NCBI GenBank assembly: GCA_000934665.2
Contig: JYFJ02001217.1
Span: forward strand, 1 to 64,000
DNA from: Catajapyx aquilonaris
Lineage: Eukaryota
Length of the DNA: 64,000 bases
Direction: 5' to 3'
The notes beneath the pieces are model-generated. The model ran no database searches. It was not told the origin of the DNA and was given only the letters and a program-made list of their open reading frames with translations. The translations under genes and the position numbers were made by a program. Of this stretch, positions 38,101 through 49,500 are shown one piece after another. Numbering within the stretch: position 1 is the stretch's first letter; each line of letters starts with the position of its first letter.

Positions 38101-41100
38101 GTGCACCTGAACATCGCAGATGGGGCAGAACTTGCTGGTCTCCAAGTAGCGAACGATGCATGTTCTGCAAACTGCGGAAAGGAAAGAAGAAGCGTCGGAT
38201 CAACAGGTTGCATCTAAAGGCCAAGCCGTTCAAAAAGCTCCTTGCTTGTTCCGGAAAAACCGACTCAAGAGGCGAGAGATATTGCGGAAGAGAAGGGGGC
38301 AGGAGAAGGGCCCTCGGACTTGGATGTGGCCGTCGGGCCCATTTGTGCCCGTCTTCCCCCGCACTACCGCATTACAGGGAATTAATTTGGCTTAATGGAC
38401 TTCCCCATCCCCAAGGAGGGCCTGCCTCGCACTTAAATGCTTTCCCGACTGCTTTATGGGCCATTACAACACCGCAATCATAAAAAAGGGGCCCTTCACG
38501 GACTTCGAATCAAAGTCGGAACAGATCCGACCAAATGCTGCCGTTTCCCTCTAAATATTAAGGAGGACCTTTTTATATAAGAACACACCTAAGACATGGA
38601 AAACTGGACAACTCCAGTGCAACGGACAGGACAAAAACGTCTGGGGCAGGTCTGACACCGTGTAAAATGATATATGGCAATGGCATTCTTCCTCTACCTT
38701 GCTGGCAATCAATTAACAGCAAAGACAACTATGCGTCTCCAATCTGTCAGTCAAGCCTCTATTGCCCCTTTCACTTCGTCATTAGTCGCATGCTTACTCG
38801 CCAGTAGGTCACCGCTTTCCAGGATGACCTTACTCAACACCTGCACAACGTTTGGGCGTCATTCATGCTTATAGCGATAGCATGTTTTCCAAGTGCAGTA
38901 ATAAGTTCGTTAAAAGCATAAATTTGTATGCTCACTTTTCGTGTCAGTCGGCGTCTGAAATTGGTCAGTTACATCATGCGGCAGGCCTATAAACAAAACA
39001 TTCGTCACACCTAGCAGTCACTTTACGAGATAATTTTACGTGCCGTATATAAGGGCCTGTCATATTTGTTTACTGCTTCATTTTCCCTGCTTATGCAAAT
39101 CGAGCCTTCCGCCTGGTAATTATTAGAAACGACCGATGCAGGAAGTTTCGTGTCTAAGTCATTGCCGATATATGTACACGTCCAAACAATAAACCATGTC
39201 GTATACTTCAATAAACGCGGGTGTCGGGCGCCTCAAGGACGATGGACCAAGCGTCGGAAGGAGCCCGCGAGGCCGTAATTACCAAGAATATAGCACATTA
39301 CACGGCGAAGGAGCAGTGGATCCCATGCTGGGCAGCAATTTCCTCAGGCCGCCTTCATCATTCTGTCCGCACTAAACCGCCCAAATGTGATTCGTTGTCA
39401 TGCAATCCGTAGCAGAATGGAATTGCCCCCATCACTTCCCATCCCTTCCGCCACCGCACCGCTTTTAGCAGCGATTAGCCCGTCATCTCCCCCCNTTTTT
39501 TTTTAAGCACCTTCGTAGTAGTTATACACAGGTACTGTACTGTACGTGAGAACCACGCTGTCATATTACATTATTCTCCATTTCAACACATTAACGTACG
39601 GTATGAAATTTCATCATAATCCATGCTTATAAAGTTATAAGTTTTATGTGCAAATGTACCGGGAATTCTCTCTCTGCCTGTGCACAATATTTAAACCTTC
39701 TATAATATACTGTGGTTCCAACATGGAGTCTTCTCCGCGATTTGTCCTGATTGTTCTTCCACGTGTGAAAAACCATCTTAATCAACCTTACACTCTGCCA
39801 TCATTCGACCGTCTCTTCCTTGTCACACTGACTGATCAATTGTGACAGACCCGGTCCCTGAGGAAAATACTACAAAGTGCATCTAATAAGCCCCATGCAC
39901 TGTATTTTTTTTAAACTCGTCCTCGTTACAAACACATAACTGCTGACATGCATAATACCGTCGGCTATGAAATGACCCAATAATCGAGGGAATAATGGGG
40001 ATAAAATGGCAGTGGATCTAATTTGAATTTTTATGACCTACGCCATGCGAAAAAAAGGGAGTTTTGTTCTGCATATACATGTCATATTAGTGATTCGTGT
40101 AAGTGCCCATAAAATTTTCAGGAAAAAACATCTTCCTCAATGAGGAATTATTAGGTGCACCTAAGGTTATACCATTCACGTACATGACTGTGAAATAATT
40201 AAAACTCTGGGAATGCCTCTCCCGCTACTAATTACATTTAGCCCCACTTTTTAAGGAATAAAAAATACAGCCAGCGGAAAACACTCGTTGCACAAGTGCA
40301 CCTGCAGTCCGACTGACCATTTACAACGCGTATAACCAAAACCGCACACCCATTTTTGCCGAACATAATACTGCAGTTAGAGAACTATAACTTTTCGGAG
40401 TTATTCAGGCTGGCGCCATATTATCATACCAAGTGCGCCGTAAATCCCACATTGTTAAGGGCGAATTTACACGAATCTAAAGCTGCTTCGCTACTTCGGA
40501 ATGCCCGCTAATTCCGCGTGATTACAGCATTTTCCGCCGCCATGATTTATACTTCCACGGTGAAAATTGCATTAGTAGCCGTGACTGCCCCGGTCCACGT
40601 CCGCCTCCCGATTTTCTTTCGTTTACACTTTCTCATTTCCTCCTATAAACCCGCATAGCTCAACTTGCATGTGCGGTAACAACCGCTTATGAGGCTCCAC
40701 TCAGTCACGCGCAATTGGGAAACGCCTGTCCATAAACGGGCTTCAAAGTGTAAGGCAACAGGTCGTACATCAACAATAGCACATATCGACAGCTCACCTT
40801 TTTTTTCTGATGGCTAAAATGAGTATGTAAGTGCTTGCGCAGCCTTGAGATGCATAATGCAGCAATGAACGTCGGAAACGCTTTCTTCGATCGCCCGACA
40901 ATTTGCGTCGCCACAAGTGCCGCGATTACCCAACCATAAAACGAACAAAAAAGAACAGCAACCGTTGCGAACGACAACTCCACAATTTTATTCATTCTAC
41001 AAAATGTTCAATTTGCTTCGAGCTCCACGTGTGAAGTGGCCGCACACTTGACACCGCTAATCTGGGTGTTGGGTGCACCCCTTGAACCATAAATATTGCT

Positions 41101-44100
41101 CCAAATGGACAACAAGCGGCTGGGGGAAGGGCGCGCAGGGGTCGGAAAGCAACAGCCATGAATGCCGAAAAGGTAGTTGCCATTGCCGGGAGTTTATATA
41201 ACTCTAAAAATAGCCAGCCGAAATGGCTGCGGCCAAACCCGAGACGGAAGCACCCTTTAGCATTTTCGCCTCCATACACACACACACACACACCCACACC
41301 ATGCAGCTCCCTCCAAAGCTTGCAAAGTCTAACGAGGTCACCCGCGATACCGTAACACGTGCTACCCGTATATCGATGTTTGTAAGCGCATGCCCAGCAC
41401 TTATCGCATGATGAACAGGAAGGAATGTTATCTGCAAGTTAACCCATGTCACACTGTCATCTTGTTGCCTCGCCATCTTTCTCACCGCTTTTATCCCCAG
41501 TCTGGCCCCCAGCAGCACCCATGCTCCAAAAATGCGTGAGTATCCATCCTTCTCCCCCGGGGGGATGCGGAACTTTAGCAGCTGTACATTTATTTTTGTA
41601 CCCCAAATTCTTCGGCGGTCTTCGGGGACTCTTCTCCGCTTGCTTCCTGAGCCTCCAGTCGAAGCATTTACTGCTCCCAGTTCGCATAATTTACACCCAT
41701 TGAATGCGCAGGGGCTTGAAGGGGGGTACAGTGGGGAATCTGAGTATCGTCAATCCGAGCTGTCACAGGAGCGCACTGATCTCGTAATCGATGGGAAGGA
41801 AGTGCTCCAAGTTTACGGCCAAAGAAAGCCTTTTCACTTAAAACTGATCGTAAAAATGATCGCACAGGGTTTGATGACGCAGGACGTAGCAAATGGTAAA
41901 AACGAGACAATGTGTCTGGAGATAATAATGTTTACTTTCGAACGAGCTTGGTATTCGAACTTCGGCAGCAAATAATTTCCTCCTGGACAATCTTATCATT
42001 TTTAGCAACGTCCTTGTCAGTTATAATGCGAGACTGGCAGACGACCTTCGCGGAAACAACGGAGTTGTCAAAAGTTAACAAGTCAAGGTGTTTCACTGGT
42101 TGCAGTCCAATCGCTTCCCCCCATCAGAAATGCCAGGTCTTATTCTTTTGCGATTGATATGCCAATTATCGTTTGTTTGCATGCGCCGATATCTCAATCG
42201 TTTCGATGATGTGCAAAAGTACTGAAATGACGTCCTCAGTGCGTTCAAAAGCGAAGCAGTCAATATATGCAACAAATTTCATAAGAAGTCTGCTATTCAA
42301 GTAACCTACTGTACATATACATACAACGCTTGCTTGATAAAATACTGAGCCAACATGCTGATTCTTCCAGCTAGGATAAGAATAAAGCGCATAGGCAAAT
42401 TTTCGCATTTGACTTGCAAATTAGTTATTCAGCGGCGATTATCATATACACGCATTTGGTTGCATGTAACAATGGCTGGCTGCAAGTTACTGCAATAGAA
42501 AATGCTATGCAAACGAAGCCTATTCACGGGTTTGACCTTGCTGCATGTGTAATTCGTTCGAAGAGGTATACTATCGCCAACTGCAATACTGGCATCCAAT
42601 GAAAATTATATCAAATTTGGTGTGTTAAACTTCCTTATAAAAATCTGAAACTATTATTTGTGCTCATAAGAGTTATATGACTCACATAATTAGATAATAA
42701 ATATATGGGCATATGGTTCCGTAAGACGTCGTTCGCGCCTCGATACGAATCAAGAGTTGCCTGCTCACACGTGTACTTTGCGACAATTAGTTCAGATTTA
42801 CAGCAGTTTATCATCGCTTGACACAATATGGCGGATTTGGCCTGATGTAATCATACAGAAACGTCTATACTGTGACAGGGTTGTTTCAAAATATTCTGCC
42901 AATTTCCCATCCTTGTAGTTGTAAAATTATACCAATTTAATAACGCTGCACTATGGTCTATGATACATTGTACAAATGTGACATACGTGTATTGCCCCTT
43001 ACTCCTGACCTTGTTAGTGTATGTTCCTCGTTTCAACGGCTAAAACAAATTCATTCAGAAATTGAGACGTCCCTGTTCGCTACAGTGTTGACTCGAACAC
43101 CCCGCTCGTAAAGATCGGTAAGGGCGGTGTTGCCATCGTGTGCGAAGGTCATCCAATACAAGCGACGGGTGACCCACGGGATCTTATTTTCCTGCGCACG
43201 ATTAGAGTCAGCCTATATATGTGATTCCAAGAGTAATCTCCTAATTTCTAAGCCTATTTCCAACACCTCGTTCTCCGTTCCGCTCAATCGACGAGCCGCC
43301 CCATCCCAATCAAAGAAAATGCAGGCAAAGGTCTGCAGCCCGATATAACGTTTGGCGGCTTCAAGTTCCGCACTCCTGTGTAAATGCCATCAGTTTTTTC
43401 TCTCTCTAACAAGTTCGCCAAGTCCTTGACCCAGTTAAGAGATTGCTTTTATAAAGGTGAAGCCAATACATTCAGAATCTTCACGCCAATGCGATAAAGA
43501 ATCAAAGGCCCATTTATTGCAGAAAGTTATGTAAGCCTGCATGATGGCGCGTAGTTTCTCGTAATTCGCATAACCAAACTGGTGTTATGAGCCGCAAATA
43601 AATTTTCGCAATGAGTTCGGATTAGAGGAACTGGTGCAGATGACAGCTTCCAAATCTAGTAGGAGAAAACGTTACAACTTGTTGGGGATGTCTGCCTGCG
43701 TACTCACGAAACGTAGTTCGTTGAAACATCTTCTCTTTCCCTGGAGTGTATGCCAGCAATTCATTAGAAGGACGGTTGTTCTGTGGCAGGTAAGGCTTGG
43801 CCTGCTGTTGGTCAAATAATGATCAAATCCTGATATAGCTGTTGCAAGGAATTGCTATCTGCCATTGGCTGATTACGATAGGGTGACCAACATGTCATGT
43901 CAGTCGATGCTATACTTGTCAGGCAGCAGGCACGACACTCAGAAACATATCAATTAACTTCGTACAGTCTAAATTAATATGAATTATACCTGAAGAATGT
44001 ACAGTATACACATGGCGAATGGATGCTGATAAGTAAGGATTCAATACGAGGGTTGTTCGATAATTATTGGCAACACCGTTACCAATCAGCACCCCAGGTC

Positions 44101-46498
44101 TCCATGACCGAATGTGGATAGGTATACTTTAGAGTCAGCCCTGGGGAATAACCATTTGCGAAGTAGTCCCAGCAGTATATACATGTGCGGAGCATCAGTG
44201 CCTGTTCAAAGTGTACCCATTTACCCGAGCTCCCTAAGACAGCCCTATACATCATTAAGATCCCTGTTTCACGGGAAAATCTGCCAAACAGCACCATCAA
44301 GGTCTTGTGCGAATGTGTGGCGACTCTGCCTCCCGTATCGCATGGCCTTTCGCGAGAGCAAGCAGTCTTGAAGACTGCATGCTCTCTCCAAAGGCCGTGC
44401 CGTATCGTATACCATTGCGAGGTTCATATATATTACAAGCTTTTAAAGAAGGTCCCCTCCCGTACCGCAACAAACCAGACCCATGTCGCAGCTGTGACAA
44501 CTTTGTTGGATATGGACCGGCGATGGACCTGCATGGAATTGACAATGTAAATTGGAAAGCAGCATCGATACCATAATTGCAACATCATCTCCTCCCATAC
44601 GACAACCCTTGCTGTCATGTGTCCATTGCTGTTCAGTAGGATATTTTCCTCAGAAATGGGAATGGGAGCTGTTGGAACATCCTCCCTATATTCATCTGAC
44701 ATGAGTACATGCACGTGTATACGATCAACTACAAAAATGAAGGGACCCTTAGATGGCTTTCGTTTCTGCACGCCTTATACAGGGCGATCTGTGTGACGTC
44801 TCCACAAAAGATGCTGCTGACGGCGCGGCGTTCGAAGATTTCCATGGATATAGAAAAATGTCATAAAAATGGCTGTACTTGTTTATATGGAATATGAAAT
44901 GTTCAAGTGTGTACTTATCCGAAAATTACACCAGTGTTGCCAATAATATTATCGGACAACCCACGTCCGAATATTGTAATTTCACGAGTGCAAAGCGGGG
45001 CCCAGCGGAAGAAATAATAATAATTAAAACGGCACGGTGCCTAAATCAGGCCATTTTTCTGCTTCTCGCCTACTATCGACTTCTGACAATATATGACAAC
45101 AAGATTACCGCCAGTAATTGACCCCCATTGGTGCAACATTTTGGTTCCGCTAAGTGGCCTATCACGGCTGGGAAAATATCGGAAGTTGAAAGCACTCGAG
45201 TCATGTCCTCTAATCTAATTTTTGGTGAATTTTCAAAGCACGGTTAAACCAAGTAGAAAAATATAGCAACAAGATCATCTGCACGGCCATGAGTATATGG
45301 TTTGTATGTCAGCAATTAGTTCTTTAGTTGATCTTATAGTTGAGATAGAAGGCGTTCAAAAATATGTCAGTTTTGACACTAAATTTATAGACTATGCGAT
45401 TTGACAGAGGCTCCTGAATACACACATTCAATTCTGCATGCTGTATAACAGTGAATGCATATTTCCAAAGGAGATTTTCGAGCATCGTTACATCGCAATA
45501 GGCTGCACCTCTTCCCAATAAGGAACACAGCCGTGTGAAAGAATAATCTCTTCCGTCCCATGCTCTCTGAAATTTATTCGACCCGGAAACAATTATGCAT
45601 CTAGATTTCGGTTTGTGTCACGCCTTTTCAACACGACCTGATCACTTGCGCAGTATTAGGGACATGTTGAGCTTCACAATTTCACCCAGAAGCCTCCTCA
45701 TATACAACTATACAAGGCAACCTGACAATTAATTTGCTCATATTGCTTTCACTTCACTTCCAGCAACAACTGTTGCAGCTCTCCTGGCATCACTTCAACG
45801 CTCCCGCACTGATTTCCCCAGGAACATAAAAGGTAACAAACATTTTTAGACAGATTATACGGCCACGTCAAGGTTAATGCAGGCTTGAACTCGCGTGTAA
45901 ATGGTGTAACAACAAATCATCACAATGTAGGGTATTTCCTTATACACGCATGAGGCATGATGGAAAAAAGGTAGGCCTATAAGTGAGAAAATGTCATGTC
46001 TCAACAGTGCGGTGCTCTATGAGCATGTACTTGTGATAGAAGGTGCCTTTGGAATGTGGGAAACTTACATCAGTATACGATCCACGATCTCTCCTCAGTG
46101 CTGGACTATGTGCTGCGGGTCATTGTTATTAACTGGTTTCTAAATCGCATAATTTCATGCAACCGCTTTTACAGAGGGCCGGTGACACACATATGCGGGG
46201 GAAGAACAACCAAGGTCCACTTTTTGTCAAAAATGAGTTACATATCTCAGAAGATAGTTTCACTAGCATTGAATATGATGGTTTGGTCGTGGTTTTGGAG
46301 TAATCATCATAAGTCACCAATGGAAGGCCCCGAAAATTGGATTTTCAATAAAACCTTATGGGCCTTCGAAATTTGGAATGGCAATATCTCAGTTGCATAT
46401 GAGGTGGACCTTGATCGTTCTGCCTACGAGGTCTTCAATTGTGATTATACATGCCCAATAAATCATGGGTCGCTTATAGCTGGCCTATCAGCTTGTGC

Positions 46499-46579
<81 letters not shown>

Positions 46580-49500
46580 GCGTGATTTTGGATAGGAATT
46601 CTCTGTTCTGAATGGTCAACTTATTGTGGAAAAGAAATCGAGAAGTGCCATTTAAAAAGACAACAACTATATAACACTTGGCCTTATCCGAAAATGAGTG
46701 GAAATCTCGTTCAGGAAATTAATCGTTACACAGTCCGGTTCCGTTCCCGCAAATCGTGAAATAACCTCGTATACGTAGACCTATATCCAACATACTACAA
46801 GGCAGCGGAAAACCAAATCCTCTCAAAAAACATTCTCAAAAAATTTCCGTATTTATGCTCCTTAGTCACAAAATTTCAGATGTTTTTTCCCGAGGCAATT
46901 ATTAGTGTATTATTTTGAGAGACATTAAATGTTCACAGTATCACTCACTTACGCACATGCTTTATACGAACTAGCCTATTGCAAGCAGGTCCCGGACATA
47001 AGGTATCAACGAAACCCATGACCTGATGGAACTTGGCAACCGAGGTTATACCATCACGTAGGGCAGTTTGACACGAGTGAGAGTAAGAGCACGTGTTATC
47101 AGAGGCCGATACCAAAAAGTAACGTACGAAAACAACTTGTGTCTAATGTCTGTTTGTGTCTAATGAGAGAAGCAAATATGAGGCCGTTTAATCGGCAGCT
47201 TTTAAATTCCGACAACAAAGGAGAAAGAAGAAAATATTTAGTTAAACAATCGTATAGAAAAAGAGATAGGTGTAAAGGAAGGTGCCACGTTAGGACATAC
47301 TGTATTACAGCCCAGCACATACTCCGCATAACTTATGCATTATCATCGTGCATATATTATACTCGTATAATGATAGTGCACCTCTCGCAAAGCCTAGCTG
47401 TGCTGCTGCAAGCCTGCGGCCTTTGATGCAATTTCCCGGCAAATAATTATCACGGACAGCCTCTTATATAACATAAAGTTGTTATTAAAATAGTGCATGC
47501 ATTTACAGTATTGCATAAGCGCTAATAGCCCAACAGTGCACCCAAAGGATGTTATTATGAACACACCAGCGCATATTGTTAATTGACATTCGTGTTTCAT
47601 ATAGGGGCGTGCAGTGGTGTAATGCAAAAAATATCCACCTATCTCCAGAGGTTGAGCTGTCCAGATAGTTGTCGTTGATTGGTGGCGAGAAAGAACGTCA
47701 CGGATCCCAAGTATTGGGTTTTGGGACATCTGTTGTTGGGGTTCTGCCAATAATTTCGTCTTTCAGATTATCCTAGATGCTGGGGAATTGGCTATTTGCT
47801 GCGTTGCTTTCTATCGTGGCCCGATCCCAATTCGAAATTGTGCGACTTAGAACATTTATGATTGGTTCCAGTTCGCCAATTTGAATTTCCAACTTCCGGG
47901 CTCATTTAGATAATTACGTAGCTATATAACAGAAGGTAATGAATGGAAACACTAAATTTATTACAGTTTGAATTTATCAAGCTCATGAACTGTCACGGTC
48001 CCATGACTTTTGAATTTCCTTCGGAATGGCAGCGGTCCGCCCTGGCTTACAACCACATCCCCCAGGTCCAAGTTCAATTCCCGGGTCGGGTAGAGGATTT
48101 TGTTTTCTTCGTGTTCGCGTGGGTTTCCTCGCGATTCTCCCGTTTCCTTCCACTCTCAAAATCCCTAACCATCATCGAGGCTGAGAATAAAGCCGAGTTA
48201 TAGGCCTGTGATCACGGGGTATCCAGTTATAATGAGGCTATGGTACCTAATATCGCCAATATTTCTATAATCATCAACGTGATAATCTGCTTACTTATTG
48301 CTTTCCCGGGCCAACTCATCACAATATGCTTCTACAATACAGAGCCAGACGAGGTCCAGCAGACGAGGCCGGGATAACGTGTGGGCTCAACTCATATAAG
48401 GTCGTATAAAGTTAGCAAGTGGGCCGGAGTATAATTATGCTGCATACTATGCGAGCTCCATATACGTCCGGTACTTCAGCACCAAAATGCGGATAAATGA
48501 GAATAAAAATTGTGCTCTTGACGCCTAGGCCTAAGAGCCTCTCATTTTAACCCCTTCAGCCCCAGATCGGCCCGAACCACAGTTTTCGGCTTGCGCGTAC
48601 CGGTACTCCGAAGATACGGACAAGATATTTTGCAAATAATAACAGCTATACTGACGAGATCTGGGAAAACCCTATGAATGTGTCTGGAACCATTTTACTC
48701 GTCTAGAAGTCCCTAAATTAATTTCCAAAAAAGGGCTATAAATAACTCGAAATTGGACTACTGCCGCCCAACTTTTAGGCTGATTTAATGATGAAATGCG
48801 TGAAAATATGCGGAATGACAACTTTGAGAACCATACCAGAGGAATTTGCTGAAATCGTCGTCTCGTGCTTTGCGAGAAATAAATTAATACTTATTTGCGG
48901 CTTTCTGGCACTTCGGAAAACTTCGGAAAACTCCCAAATTTATTTGTTTCTCATGAAGTACGACGATTTCAGAAAATTCGTCTGGCATGTTTCTCAAGGT
49001 TGTTATTCCGCATATTTTCACGCATTTCGTAATTAAATCAGCCTAAAAGTTGGGCGGCAGTAGTCCAATTTCGAGTTATTATAGCCCTTTTTTGGAAATT
49101 AATTTAGGGACTTCTAGACGGGTAAAATTGTTCCAGACACATTCATAGGGTTTTCCCAGATCTCGTAAGTATAGCTGCTATTATTTGCAAAATATCTTGT
49201 CCGTACCTTCGGAGTACGCGTAAGCCGAAAACTGTGTGGTTCGGGCCGAACTGGGGCTGAAGGGGTTAAACAGAGGAAACGTACAATTATCAAGCACTCC
49301 TTTGCCTCCGAAACAAAAAATAAAAATCTCTCGGAACTACCGTTTGTATACTGTATTAGTGTATAACATAATTCAACTTGCTACGCATGTAACTGCCGCG
49401 GGTAAAGAGACGCTCAGACGCATTCTCATATCTTTCAATCACGGAGCGAATGACTCAGGCGCGTATAAGTGCATGATATTCGTACCGATGCAAATGTGCA

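Noticed and set aside
12920..39495. Isolated n bases (12920, 16276, 29851, ~39495)
   Set aside because: All sit in or beside homopolymer runs; sequencing or assembly ambiguity.
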